64,000 nucleotides of DNA. It comes from Zygnema circumcarinatum SAG 698-1b (lineage: Eukaryota; Plantae; Zygnematophyceae). The position numbers were made by a program, and so were the translations under genes. The DNA lies in contig CM074810.1 of NCBI GenBank assembly GCA_037447605.1, positions 2,204,880-2,268,879 on the forward strand, written 5' to 3'. Positions 47,578-60,893 of this stretch are shown in pieces. Each line of letters begins with the position of its first letter. Positions within the stretch are counted from its first letter, which is position 1. Below the pieces are notes generated by a model that searched no databases, had not been told where the DNA came from, and worked only from the letters and a program-made list of their open reading frames with translations.

Positions 47578-50500
47578 TTATTTACCCTTGACAGTGCATC
47601 CCTCCGGAACGCCGTACGCTCGTGCAGACCTCTTCTTCACACCTCCGTTCCTTCGCCATGGATCATTGTGAAGCTTGTAATGCAAAATCTGTGCCTCCAA
47701 CAGAAGCAGTAGTTAGGGGTCGGGGGAGGGGTAGGGGATAGGGGTAGGGATAGGGGGTAGGGATAGGGGTAGGGATAGGGGGTAGGGATAGGGGTAGGGG
47801 GGGTGGAGGAAGAGGACGAGGGAGAGGCGGAAGAGGGGGTAGGTGGGGTAGGTGGGGTAGAGGGTGTAGGGGGGGTGGTAGGTGGGGTGGATGGGGTTAG
47901 TTGGGTAGGATGGGTAGATGGGCTAGGGGGGGGGTAGTGGGTGTAGCGGGGTAGGGGAGGTAGGTTGTGGTAGGGGTAGGGAGTAAGGGGGTGGGAGTAT
48001 GGGATAGGGGCTAGGGAGAGGGGAACGAAAGCCGACTACTAGTGGTTCTTGAAGTCTGTAGGATTACTCTGTGCTCTAAGCATGGCAGGAAAAGACGAGG
48101 AGGCTGGAAATTACCTGAATCAAAGAATTAATGGCATCAACTCCTTTTAACTGCTCCACTTGTTCAGCCCACAATTGTTTGTGCCCATACCAATCCTCCT
48201 GTCTTTGAGCCTCCACTTTAAAAACGGAGTTATATGTCCACCGTTCCCAAATGGCTTGAACAGTGGACAGCATTTTACGGACTCTTTCCTCAGGAATGGC
48301 CTGCAATAACAAAAAGTAGTAATAATAGAACTATTCAGAATTTTGTTTTTTAGAATTAAGACGATGTTGGCCCTCAGACAAAACAAAAACAAGGAAGAAG
48401 TGTATGAAACTAGGAAAGAGAGGGAGAGTCGTTCATAGAGGAAAATTAAGTACAGGAATTTGAGGATTCCCGTCCCAACAATCGAAGGAGGAGGAGAGAG
48501 TGATAGAGGGGACAGAGAGGGAGAGAGGGAAGGGAGTGGGGTGAAGAACAGAGAGACGGGGAAGAGTAGAAACGGAAGGAAAACGAAGAGGAAGAGAAAA
48601 GGAAGACACGAAGCAAAGCGATACGGGGGAGGGTAAAAAACAAACGAAGGGCAGGAGGAGTTGGAGGGGGGAGAGGGGAAGAGAGAGAGGGGGGAGGGTG
48701 AGTGGGAGGCTCAGGAGGAGAGTTGGAGGGGGCTGGAGAAGGAGACGGTGAAGTTGATCAGGACGAGCGGTGAATTACCGACCTTAAGAATGGTCACCAT
48801 GTTAGGAATATCCTCTTCGGAAATGCGTACAGAGAATTCGTCAAGTTTGAACATGTTTTCATACGCCATTTGGATCCCATCTTGAATGATGACAGGAATG
48901 CAGCCATGGAGAATGCTGTCCTCCATTCTCGCACTGAAGCCATCGCCGGGAAATACTCCACAAAAGCGGGACCTCGATAACTGCACAATATCGATAACTT
49001 GCTGCTAACTTTAAAACTAGTAAGGGGGACGGGGGACGNNNNNNNNNNGGTAGGGATAGGGGGTAGGGATAGGGGTAGGGGGGGTGGAGGAAGAGGACGA
49101 GGGAGAGGCGGAAGAGGGGGTAGGTGGGGTAGGTGGGGTAGAGGGTGTAGGGGGGGTGGTAGGTGGGGTGGATGGGGTTAGTTGGGTAGGATGGGTAGAT
49201 GGGCTAGGGGGGGGGTAGTGGGTGTAGCGGGGTAGGGGAGGTAGGTTGTGGTAGGGGTAGGGAGTAAGGGGGTGGGAGTATGGGATAGGGGCTAGGGAGA
49301 GGGGAACGAAAGCCGACTACTAGTGGTTCTTGAAGTCTGTAGGATTACTCTGTGCTCTAAGCATGGCAGGAAAAGACGAGGAGGCTGGAAATTACCTGAA
49401 TCAAAGAATTAATGGCATCAACTCCTTTTAACTGCTCCACTTGTTCAGCCCACAATTGTTTGTGCCCATACCAATCCTCCTGTCTTTGAGCCTCCACTTT
49501 AAAAACGGAGTTATATGTCCACCGTTCCCAAATGGCTTGAACAGTGGACAGCATTTTACGGACTCTTTCCTCAGGAATGGCCTGCAATAACAAAAAGTAG
49601 TAATAATAGAACTATTCAGAATTTTGTTTTTTAGAATTAAGACGATGTTGGCCCTCAGACAAAACAAAAACAAGGAAGAAGTGTATGAAACTAGGAAAGA
49701 GAGGGAGAGTCGTTCATAGAGGAAAATTAAGTACAGGAATTTGAGGATTCCCGTCCCAACAATCGAAGGAGGAGGAGAGAGTGATAGAGGGGACAGAGAG
49801 GGAGAGAGGGAAGGGAGTGGGGTGAAGAACAGAGAGACGGGGAAGAGTAGAAACGGAAGGAAAACGAAGAGGAAGAGAAAAGGAAGACACGAAGCAAAGC
49901 GATACGGGGGAGGGTAAAAAACAAACGAAGGGCAGGAGGAGTTGGAGGGGGGAGAGGGGAAGAGAGAGAGGGGGGAGGGTGAGTGGGAGGCTCAGGAGGA
50001 GAGTTGGAGGGGGCTGGAGAAGGAGACGGTGAAGTTGATCAGGACGAGCGGTGAATTACCGACCTTAAGAATGGTCACCATGTTAGGAATATCCTCTTCG
50101 GAAATGCGTACAGAGAATTCGTCAAGTTTGAACATGTTTTCATACGCCATTTGGATCCCATCTTGAATGATGACAGGAATGCAGCCATGGAGAATGCTGT
50201 CCTCCATTCTCGCACTGAAGCCATCGCCGGGAAATACTCCACAAAAGCGGGACCTCGATAACTGCACAATATCGATAACTTGCTGCTAACTTTAAAACTA
50301 GTAAGGGGACGGGGGGAGGGGGAGGGGAGGGGGGAGGGAGAGGGGAAGGAGGGAGGGGAGGGGGGAGGGAGAGGGGAAGGAGGGAGGGGGGAGGGAGAGG
50401 GGGAAGGAGGGAGGGAGGGGAGGGGGGAGGGGGGAGGGGGGAGGGGGAGGGAGAGGGGGAGGGAGGGGAGGGGGAGGGGGAGTGGGGAGGGGGAGGGGGA

Positions 50501-51449
50501 GGGGGAGGGGGAGGGGAGGGGGAGGGGGAGGGGGAGGGGAGGGAGGGAGGGCTTAATAATGGGAATAGATACACTCAACATAAACTAATTCTCAGTTAAA
50601 AGTTTCAATAATCGAAAATCTATCATAGTTAATATTATGTCAGCAAAATTGCATACCTTAAAGCAAAACAGGAGGCTGGCGAACGCATACCTACAATAAC
50701 TATAATATTGTTACTGTCAATCTCTTAATTTAGATTTTCCTTTACCTCTCCTCGATAGTTTGGGACGTGACCGCTTGTCACAATCACTCCCTCTTCATGA
50801 AATTCCCCCAATTTCTCTTCAATATTTGGACTTGAACCAAATAATTTCGCCACCTTTTGCCGGATTCCCATACTATATCTGTCAGCCAAAAAAGGCCAAC
50901 AAAAATTTTCCTCACCAAAAGGAAGCACAAAAAGAAAAAGAAGAAAACCTGCAGCGTTCTTACACCGAAATATGAATCAGGGAAAAATACAGAAGCTTAG
51001 CATAGTTTTTCAAAGCATGAGCATGTAGTCAGTGCTCAGAGCTCGACTGAAAGGCCTAAAAAAGTAAATTTTAAGTCTGGCTTGAGCTGTAAAATGTAGA
51101 TGCCAAAACAGTCTTTTTAGGGTTTTTAGGGTTTTTAGGGGTTTTAGGGTTAATAAAGGGTTAAGTTAATAAAAGGCAGAAAGAAAAGAAAAGTTATCAC
51201 AGCATTACCCCTCCTCACGCCTTCCATTAAGATATCGAGGTCCGAGATTTCCTCTAAAAAAGAAAAGAATCGGCCGTTCTTCAAAACGTCTGCCATGCAA
51301 CGCCATGCAAGAATTAAATTATATCATTAAAGGTATGCTGAAATGGGGATTTTAGCAACCAAATGAATTTTCACTTAGGAGAGAGAAAAGGTGCGTCAGG
51401 AAGGTGGAAGAACGTATACTGTATCCTCCTGATTGGTCAAGCATGGCTG

Positions 51450-51480
<31 letters not shown>

Positions 51481-54400
51481 TCTCTCTCCGGCTGCAAGAT
51501 AGGAGAGAGCAGCCATGGTTGACCAATTAGGACGAAGGGGAATTGTGTCCTTCCATCCGTACTTTCTTTCAAGGTGAAAGAGAGGAGGAGGTGAGGAGAG
51601 GACGAGATGAGAAGAGGAGAGGTGAAGAGAGAAGAAGATGGGAGGGACAAGGAGAGGGAGAGGGTTGAAAGGAGGACGGAGGTGAGGAAAGGAGAAAAAG
51701 AGAGAAGGGAGAGAAGCAGGATCGGCCAAGTATTAAGATCCTTCGAGAATACCTCACCCAAAGTTTCGCAACTAAATGGTCTGCATTTGGCTCCTTCATT
51801 GCAGGAAGAACTATGTCTTTTGTGGGATCAAAGCATGGATGGCCTCCATGAATTTCTTCAGGAATTCGGCTCCATGAATCAGCTCCATAAGCTGTGGTAG
51901 AATAGTTGTGGGTTGTCATTGTATTGCCCCAAGGAGTGAGCATTATACTGTTCCATATTACTTTTGGAGCTGCACAAGCTCCTTCATCCCAAGGAAAAGT
52001 CTGCAGCCGATTTGAGGTAGTAATTGATTCCCAAAATTAATTCACTATATTTTCCTACCTTCCTATCCACCTCATGTTGGGAAAGCTTCTCAAAACAAGC
52101 GTAGTTGGATCAATATAAATATATATACAGCGACTATAGTGACTATATATATAGAGACAAGTATAGTAGTATAAAGTTCTTGAATATGGAGCAAACCCAT
52201 TACATCAATTAACAAAAGTGAATGAGAGGAAAATAGGGACTCAAAGAAGCGGCTTTTGAGTGTTTTCTCGATGCATTTGCAGCGCAGATTTGTGTGTTCA
52301 GGGTCTGAATTGATTTCTTACCCAAATATGATCCCGGCCTTCAGTACGATTCCAATACGGATAATGATTCCGGATGTACTCATAGGCTCGAATGGCAAAT
52401 GAAGCTACAAAGAAGCTACGGCTACCTTTGAAATCTTCCTGCATTCATAGGAGGGCTAATTCATCATTCAATTCTCCTTACACCTTGTAGAAGAAATACT
52501 AAAAATGTCATATATTTATCCCTCGGAATCCCAAAGGAAGTGTGTGAGGAATGCAAAAAAGCTATGGAGGAAATGTCCCTACAAGAGGATGCTCATGTGT
52601 TCAAAAAATTGATAGACCAATGTTGTAAAACAGATACGCAGTTTGACTGCATGCAGTGCTGAATCCTGGAAAGGGGGTCAGAGAGAGGGGAGAGAGGGGA
52701 GAGAGAGGGAGAGGGGAGAGAGGGGAGAGAGGGGAGAGTGGGGAGAGAGGGGATAGAGGGGAGAGGAGGGAGAGAGGGAAGAGAGGGGAGAGAGGGGAGA
52801 GAAGAAAAAAAGAGAGAGCGGGGAGAGTGGGGAGAGGGGGGAGAGGCGCAGAGAGGGGAGAGAGGGAGAGAGGGGAGAGAGGGGAGAGAGGCAGAGAGGG
52901 GAGAGAGGGGAGAGAGGGAGAGAGGCAAAGAGGGAAGAGAGGGAGAGATGGGAGAGAGGCAGAGAGGGAGAGAGAGAGAGAGAGAGGCAGAACCTGCATG
53001 TCCATTCGTGGAGAATCGTCTGCCCTTGCTTGTATGCAGCCCGTGAAGACGGGCACATAGAAAAAGTCAGCCTCCTCTGCATTGCTAGTGCGATGAGGAC
53101 TCGCTAAAAGCCCCTCCAATAGTGCAGCCTGCATACAAATTATATGAAAGATAAAAAAATATAGCATCAGTCAGCAATCTCCATAATCAAAAAGTGATCT
53201 TCGAATCGCAACCTCCCTCTCCTCTCCTGCCCTCCCTCCCTCCCCCCTCTCTCCTCCCTCCCCTCCCTCCCCTCCCTCCCTCCTCTCCTCCCTCCCCTTC
53301 CTCCCCTCNNNNNNNNNNTCCCTCCCTCCCTCCCTCCCTCCTCTCTCACTTCCCTCAGCTTCCGTGAGTTCATCTGCACTTGCCAGTTTGAAATAAAAAC
53401 TACAATACTTTAAATCTTTCTTTCTTCGCTAATTCCCCAATTTTGGGTTCCAGCAGCATCACAAAATCCACGAAGTTTCGATATTTTTCGAAGGGCGATA
53501 GAAGGAGACCCTAATGCCATTTTTTTTTAAGGCCTTTAATTTCAACATCAGAAGAAGTTTTCTGGAAATTGATTCCCGAAAAAAGGTGCAAAGAGTTGAG
53601 GAAAAAAACCTCCATTCCGTACAACCAGCCTGGATTAAATTCAGTTGCATTTGCAGAATCATAGGACCAAGGCATGCAATAGACTCTCCATTTCCGACCC
53701 TGCAGAAAAAAACAGCAACAGCAATAACTAAAAGTTATTTTAAGTAAACAGCATACATGCAAACCAGGGTGTTTAGGGTTTTTAATTTGTTAAATTCTGT
53801 TCTTAATCTGTCTTAAATCAAAATCATCTTCAACCACTTATGATGGAATTGAACATATTCTTCTCGTCATCCCAGCGAGTGCTTGCAGCTTCTCTTCTCT
53901 CGCTCCTCTCTCTCTCCTCTTTCTCTCTCTCGCTCACTCTCTCTCTCTCTCTCTCTCTCTCTGATGGTGAGGGATTCTAGCCTGTCACCTGAAGATGGTG
54001 AAAGTTGAACTCCCCTGGGAGGTCATAAACATATATAAGAGGCCTCCTACGTGTTACTTCAAATTCTTTTTTCTTTTCTTTTCCTTTCATAACTGCCATT
54101 GAAGATGAACTTCGTCCCGATAATATCCACGGAGAGGTCCAAGCATTCAACTTTGTCCTACTTGAAGGAATGCTGCAATCAATTCCAAACCATCCCTCTC
54201 TGCACTGTCTCCAAGCAACCAATCACCCCCCACTTCTTTTCTGTTAAAAAAGAAAGGTATGCGGAAAAAGTAAAACGAGAAACCCCTAAAGCCTTAGCCC
54301 TAATGCTACCAACCCTAAAATTCGATTATCTTAGAAGCTCAACTTCCTGATTCAGTTTGTCTGATTCAGACAGCCAAAAAGTATGTCAAAAATTCCGTTA

Positions 54401-54975
54401 TTTTCCCTACCTCACAGTATCCCATGTGGCAATCTCCGTGGTTATTGCAGCCACCTAAACAATATGAGCGTGTTGGAATTTCGCAAAATTTTCCTGTCTG
54501 GCCATCATAGTTACAGAAACAGTAAGATCGAGCCACGGGCTGCTTAGAAGGGTCGGCCATGCACCATCCGGGACTTGCGGAGTCGTTTGCATACATCTTG
54601 TCAAGATCAAGTTGAAACGTATTTCTGCAAGACATCTCACCAGCCAAAAAAAAACAAAAAAACACAAACACAAACAGAAAGCAAGAGCTTTGAACAAATG
54701 AACTGCAGAAATGCAGTGAATGAATATTGATATTTGAATCGATTCATTGAATCAGTTACCATCTAAACTGAATCAGTTTTTCTCCCCCACTTGCAGAAAA
54801 GCCTAGCCTTGTGGATAGTTCGAGTAGTTCAGTGTCCTTCTTCAAAAAAGAAAAAACTCCACTCGATAAATCATTTGAAAATGTCTGGGAACTTATTCTT
54901 GTTAGCTGAACCTGTTGTTTTCATATCAAACTAAAGTGTAAAATGCCTTTCTCTCTCTCTCTTCCTCTCTCCCTC

Positions 54976-55031
<56 letters not shown>

Positions 55032-55323
55032 GAAAACCCAAAGTAGACAGCCGATGGGTTAATTAGCTCACGTTTCTCGATTAAAACCGCATGGCTCCAC
55101 AGCAGGTCGATTTGGATATGGAGACTTGGGCCCACAAAAGCATTGGGCAGTCCGTTTGTCGCAGAATCCGGCACACATTGATACAATCCACATTCCTTCC
55201 AGTTCTCGATTACAAGGATACTCATCAAGTTCGCCACAGTCAGCTCCTGCTTTGTGAAGAAGAAAATGGATGAAAAAAGAGAGAATGAAATTTAGAGGCT
55301 TGTATTGTATTGGCTTGGCTTGT

Positions 55324-55380
<57 letters not shown>

Positions 55381-56170
55381 GGAGCATGTTAGGAGCAGAC
55401 CAGCCTTGCAACAGGAACATGTATATTATGCATGTTATGAATGGATCCACATAAATGCATGCAAATTCCTCGCAATTTGAATTTCAGCCCTACCGTAATA
55501 GCCATGTCTGCAGCGGCACTCCCCCAGCTCATAGTTGCAAACGCCATTGCCATTGCAGCCTCCAGGGCACTCCTTCGTTGCCACAAACTGCGATAAAAAT
55601 GGCGATACATTGAATTGAAGGTGCAAGGTGTTTAGGGTTTTAAAGGGATCTCTTAAGTAAACCGAAAAATATGTATCTACTGTTTTCCAATGTCTCCGCC
55701 ACCATGAAGCCAAAAGACTCAAAACTTGAAGGTGAAAAATATAGCAGATAGCATACGAGCTTCAAACTGACCTCCTTGATCGCGACTTGCTCAGAAACAG
55801 CTCCACATTCTCTGAACCATTCTGCAACTTCGTCTTTCCAAGGAGCCATGGACCAAACACTCGCTTCACTTTCCGCAGCATTCAGGATCTCCTCCTTTGT
55901 GGTATCTCCATCGCCATCCTCCCCAGCTTCAGGCTCAATCTCCTCTGTGCTTGCAGCAGGGCCCTCCTGAAGAAGAAGGGCGGCTGCATCCTTCCCTTGC
56001 CCTGCCTGCAAAGGAACTGAAGGCTGCTGGAAATCCAGAATACTGAAGATGACGTACACGGCGAGGAGGAAAGCCATCATGCCCAGCTGAATGGCGCCAT
56101 GGCGGCCATGGCTGGATCTTGGAGGAGCTTCTGAGGAGGGAGGAGCTCCTTCTCTCTTGGAGGAAACCAT
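47578..56170 (-). CDS. EGF-like-domain exostosin family glycosyltransferase (GT47; At3g57630-like)
   Basis: Start MVSSKREG at 56170, TM IQLGMMAFLLAVYVIFSIL, EGF-like CPGGCNGNGVCNYELGECRCRHG. Also RRPLIYVYDLPGEFN, HRTSNAEEADFFYVPV, HPCFDPTKDIVLPA, YSMGIRQKVAKLFGSSPN, FCGVFPGDGFSARMEDSILHGCIPVIIQDG, and last exon ILHYKLHNDPWRR...K* ending at 47578. Not all internal exon borders were resolved. Confidence 0.92.
47748..50310. repeat. Near-identical 1281-bp tandem duplication across a 10-N gap (probable assembly artefact)
   Basis: 47748-49018 is repeated at 49029-~50310; the ORF-track peptides are identical at an offset of exactly 1281 (48076/49357, 48711/49992). Both junctions are G-rich repeats. 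Confidence 0.9.
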
Positions 56171-56454
56171 TCTTGCTCCCAATTTTTTTTTTATATATAT
56201 ATTTATAAGAAAATCATACAATGCTTTGCTTGTTGAGTTACAGGGTTTCCGTAGCAGTCAGATTTCCAGATTTAGGGTTTGAAAATTTATCCTTCCAAGC
56301 CATAGGCTCCAGCTTCAGGATTTTGGTTTTTCAGCAGAAACCTGGAAATGGAACTCTGAAACCAGCAACTAGAAACTGGAAACTGGAGGTACGGAGAGTG
56401 CCCGTCCGTACATTATTACGCTTACAAAAACGACAACTGAACTGATCGGCTAAA

Positions 56455-56635
56455 TCATGATTGGCAACAATTGATTGGTTGATACAGATTTTTCAAATTC
56501 GATCTTAAACACTCCATTGGTCGATACAGATTGAAAATCCGATTTTTTGCAACATTGATTGGTTGGTATGGATTCTACAAATCCGATCTTAGCAACATTT
56601 GATTGGCTTATGCAGATTTTACAAATCCCAAATTC
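56455..56635. repeat. Imperfect ~43-bp minisatellite containing ATTGG (CCAAT box), about 4 units, upstream of the exostosin gene
   Basis: Unit approximates GCAACATTGATTGGTTGATACAGATTTTACAAATCCGATCTTA. Confidence 0.7.
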
Positions 56636-57445
56636 CGAGAAAAGTAAATCAGATACGATTTGAAGTCTCTCAAGATTCTATTAGTTGAGGTCGAAACTGT
56701 ACGAATTCCAAAACTTTTGTCGCCGCGCTCTCGCCGCTTCTGATTGGTGCAACCTACAGAACCTGACGTCATATATACTTTATGACGTCATCCATGGCCT
56801 GCCGGCTTGCGTTCGACCTGGCAGGCAGCGTCGCTTCGCAGTTTTTTCATCGTCCACCAATACAGTCGATATATCTCTATATATCTCGAAAATCTCGATA
56901 TACTACACGTGGCAGGCTGGCTCCCTCTCTTGATACATGTCAAACTAAAAATTCGTCAGTAAAACTGAGAAGAAATTAGCCATTAGAACGGGAACCGGAA
57001 CGAGTGGACATGGAAATCTCCCACGCAGAAGAGTGTATCTACAAAACCTATGTATGATACGACCAAGAATTTTGCGTTCGATTCTTGCAAAATACATATT
57101 GTGGGTAACTCAGGACGACCCCCTAGGATTGGCTGCTGGTAAAAATCCTTTTTTTTTTTTGAAAGTATGGAGAATACAAGAACTGGCATTGATCTCACGA
57201 TGGCAAAGGACTTAAGAACAAAACGAAAAATGCCAAACTGTCGAGATATCTTAAATCACCCTAATATATAAACACATAATGATACTAGAATTCCTTGTGA
57301 CTTTATCAAGGTGTGCCCTTTCTGGGCCTTCACATTGAGCCCCCTTCAGGAATGCCCCGCCGAACTCGTCCTCACTTTTCTTCGCACAGGCACTGAACAC
57401 ACTCAGCGGGTGACAACTTTTGATTTTCAGCGAAATTCAACTCTT

Positions 57446-59218
57446 TTACCAAATATACTTGTGCTCTGAGTTTAGTGCTCGGTCTTCGTATCCTTTGTGA
57501 ATAAGTTTGTACTTCGATTTGTCACATCCTTGATTCCTTGCCATTTTATACAGTTCGATGGCCTTTTGTTCGTTCCTCTCTGTGCCAATCCCCTCGTCGT
57601 AACACCTCCCCAGATGAAACTGACCGTTCGGATCTCCTAAGTAAGCCGCCTTCTTAAAAAAACACTTGGCCTTCTCCACGTCAGAATGCACGAATGATCG
57701 ATCCTCAAAAATGTGTCCCAATTGCACCAGGGCTGAGGCACACTTCTGCTCCGCTGCTAATTCATACCATTTCGTAGCCTTCTCCAAGTCAGAGTAAACA
57801 CCCTCTCCCAATTCATAACACAGTCCGAGGTTAAACTGACCACATGGATCTCCTTTCTCCGCTGCCATCCTGAAAAGCTCCACAGCTTTATCAAAATTGC
57901 GGTCCTCCTTGTAACGTAATCCTGATGCACACAGCGCTTGAGGAGAGTCCTTATAAGCAGCCGCTTTGTACCTGTGCGCAATATTTCCGTTACTTGATTC
58001 CGCATAAATTGGGGCACGATGGTAAGCTGCCGCTTTATCCCCATCGACGCTGCTGTTTTGGAACAGAAAACTTTCTTGTTTTAAGTATGTAGGACCCTTC
58101 TCCCGGCCCTCATCATACTGCCCTATTTGGAGGTTTTGGAGCAGAGAACCTAATTCTGCTTGGGTTGACTCTGTCGGAAGTTTCTCCCGGCTCACATTGT
58201 ACTGACTTGAAGTGCCGCTTCCCGGATTGGGACTCTGCAGGCTTGAGGAAAATTCTCCGTACCTCCTGCCGCTTCCTCGATTTGCTTCGTAGAAGTTGAA
58301 AGCATCAATTTGTTTAATCATTGAACGCAAATTTTTTTTTTCTTTTTCGTTTGATTCCGCCCTCAGCTCATCTTCCTTCAACTCTCTTTTGAATTCTTCC
58401 TTCTGATGAGTCAAGGCAAGGAGGGGAATCACAAGTCAGCATTGTCCGAAATGCATAAGTAAATGGATAGAGGCAAAAACTCAGGGTCCACGGGCTCGGG
58501 TTCTGATAAGTTCTTTTCGCATTCTAAGACAATTTCTTAACTGGGAGACGGTTCAAATCTCTCCTCAATATCCTTCGTCTCGGCAGACAAGTCAATCACA
58601 GACAGCGATATGCATAAACTTTCAAAGCCATCCCACAAACAAACAAATGCCATCACAGCGCTTCTCCAAGCCCGCCCCGGAACGCACCTCAGCATCTGGA
58701 TCGGCAAATCGATGAGTCAATAACACGCGTTGAAGAAAAGGTCCAATATATTCCGGATTGTTTAGCGCCGCTGCACCGAACCATCGAACGTCGCTGTCCT
58801 CCTCGTCGTCATCCTCCGTTAGTAGATCGGTGTTCGGACTCGGAGAGGGTGGTTGACCGCCTCTCTCCGTTTCTCTCACCGTCAGAAATATCATCAGGAC
58901 GGTGTTCAAGTCATCCTGTATTTGGATAAGGTTTGCTGAAATCTCCGTCGCAAACATGGCTCGGTACAGAGCGCTCTTATTGCATTTCTCTGCAACAGCA
59001 ATTGCCCTCTTCATGATAGACCGAAACTGGTCTATTGCAAGTCCTTCTATGTCATTCCCTTGGGAACATCTATTCTCAATCGCTTTGTACACGATATTCA
59101 CGAAATCACTCAGCTTCTTGCCATTCTTTCTATGCGACTTCACGTTCTCCCACACAGCCATCACTTCCTTCACAAGAGACCCGACTTCTTTCAGAAGAGC
59201 GAAAGACGCAAAACCCAT
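57446..59218 (-). CDS. MLKL/MCAfunc-like four-helix-bundle + helical linker + SEL1-repeat protein (~495 aa)
   Basis: Exon 1 59218-58688 (MGFASFALLKEVGSLVKEVMAVWENVKSHRKNGKKLSDFVNIVYKAIE...FRSIMKRAIAVAEKCNKSALYRAMFATEISANLIQIQDDLNTVL...DPDAE|). Exon 2 58402-57446 has about 4 SEL1 repeats (CGQFNLGLCYELGEGVYSDLEKATKWYELAAEQ). A possible extra 3' exon starts at 57392 after a short intron (TG|GTAAAA). Confidence 0.85.
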
Positions 59219-60159
59219 GGCGGCCGGTAAGTCTCCCAAGGATTTTCCCTTTTTCCTTCTCCTTCTTTTTCTCCTTCGCCTTCTCCTTCTTTATCTCCTC
59301 CCTCTCGCTCACCCTCTACCTCTCCCCCTCCCTCTCCCGCCTCCAACCCGTACGGACATTATAGCCGTCTTTTTGTACAGGTACGAAAAGTACCATTAGT
59401 ACGGACTTACTTTTGTCGTCAGCGGAAAAAATTGAAGTCAACTCGTAAGGACAGCAAAAACATGTCTAATAAGTAGGGGACGACTTGTCCTTTTGTCCTT
59501 TTTCTGAATGTAGTGTACGTTTTCGCCGGGCAGCAAGAAAAAGGATGTTTTTGGCGAAAAATGCTGTTTCATACTTTTCAGAATAGATACAGACCTTTTA
59601 TCGTCGAATGTATGGATGGTGATTTGAAATGTACCAAGCGCGCGCGTCTACAAGGTATAAGGGCGCAACACGTGGAGCGACATGATTGGTCGCGGCAACA
59701 TATGACGTGACAAGTATGTTTGGGACCTTGACGTGACGAAACGAGACGCGAAAAAAGTGGAGTCCGCGGACGGCAGTCGGAAATGGCGGGAATTGAAACT
59801 GACAGAAAAAGTTAGGGCACATAACGTAGCGTGTTTCAGGAAAAATCTGTCAGTTTCAATTCCCGCCATTTCCGACTGCCGTCCGCGGACTCCACTTTTT
59901 TCGCGTCTCGTTTCGTCACGTCAAGGTCCCAAACATACTTGTCACGTCATATGTTGCCGCGACCAATCATGTCGCTCCACGTGTTGCGCCCTTATACCTT
60001 GTAGACGCGCGCGCTTCGTACATTTCAAATCACCATCCGTACATCCGACGACAAAAGGTCTGTATCTATTCTGAAAAGTATGAAACAGCATTTTTCACCA
60101 AAAAAAACCTTTTTTTTGTTGCCCGGCGAAAACGTACACTACATTCAGAAAAAGGACAC

Positions 60160-60731
60160 TAGGGCGTGACAAAATGTTACGAATATCGAGTTTTTAGTAT
60201 TACGAGAATCGAGGTTACTAAGTACTAAAAATCATCGCGCCCCCGAACCTAAACCGAACCGAACGGAAGTCAACTGTGCTAAGTCAACGGGTCAACGTTG
60301 CGAAGATTGACCCGTGGGGTTTACTGAAATTGCATTTCTTCGCACGATTTTGTTCGCACCCAAAAGAGACGCCGAAATGGACGTGCGAAGAAAATACTGG
60401 CGAAAATCGCGGCAACGTGACGTCATGGTTGTTTTCCCGGCTTCCCGCCCTCGCCCGCGCCCGCCCGTGACGCGCAACACGACACAACGACAGGCGGTCT
60501 CTCCGCGCCGCGCCGGCGCTGTTTCTAAGTCTGAGGGCCCCGCGCGAGGGCGAAGTTGCGAAGACGGCGTTTGGAGAAGTGCGAAGACGGCGATCGCGGA
60601 GTGCGAACAGGACCGCGCCGCGAGTGCGAAAAACTACGCTCGAGAATTTTAGTTTTACTGACGTTGACTCGAAATGTTACGAATATCGAGTTTTTAGTAT
60701 TACGAGAATTTTTTAAGTCTGACACGCCCTA
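60160..60731. mobile_element. hAT-like MITE with TAGGGCGTG termini, nested in the foldback element
   Basis: TAGGGCGTG at 60160 and CACGCCCTA ending at 60731; internal 38-bp direct repeat at 60172-60209 and 60672-60709. No TSD found. Confidence 0.6.
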
Positions 60732-60732
60732 C

Positions 60733-60893
60733 TAGGGGGTGTCAGACTTAAAAAATTTCAGTACGCGTGTTCGTAAGTTTGACCTCAGAACGAGTACTCC
60801 AGTATAATCGCGATCCTCGTGCGGCGGAGTACTTGCGTAACCTTTTTTTTCGTAACGCTTTTCGTAAGATTTTGTTAAGTCTGACACCCCCTA
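60733..60893. mobile_element. 161-bp MITE with perfect 18-bp TIR TAGGGGGTGTCAGACTTA
   Basis: TIRs at 60733-60750 and 60876-60893; abuts the previous element with a 1-bp spacer. No TSD found. Confidence 0.75.
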
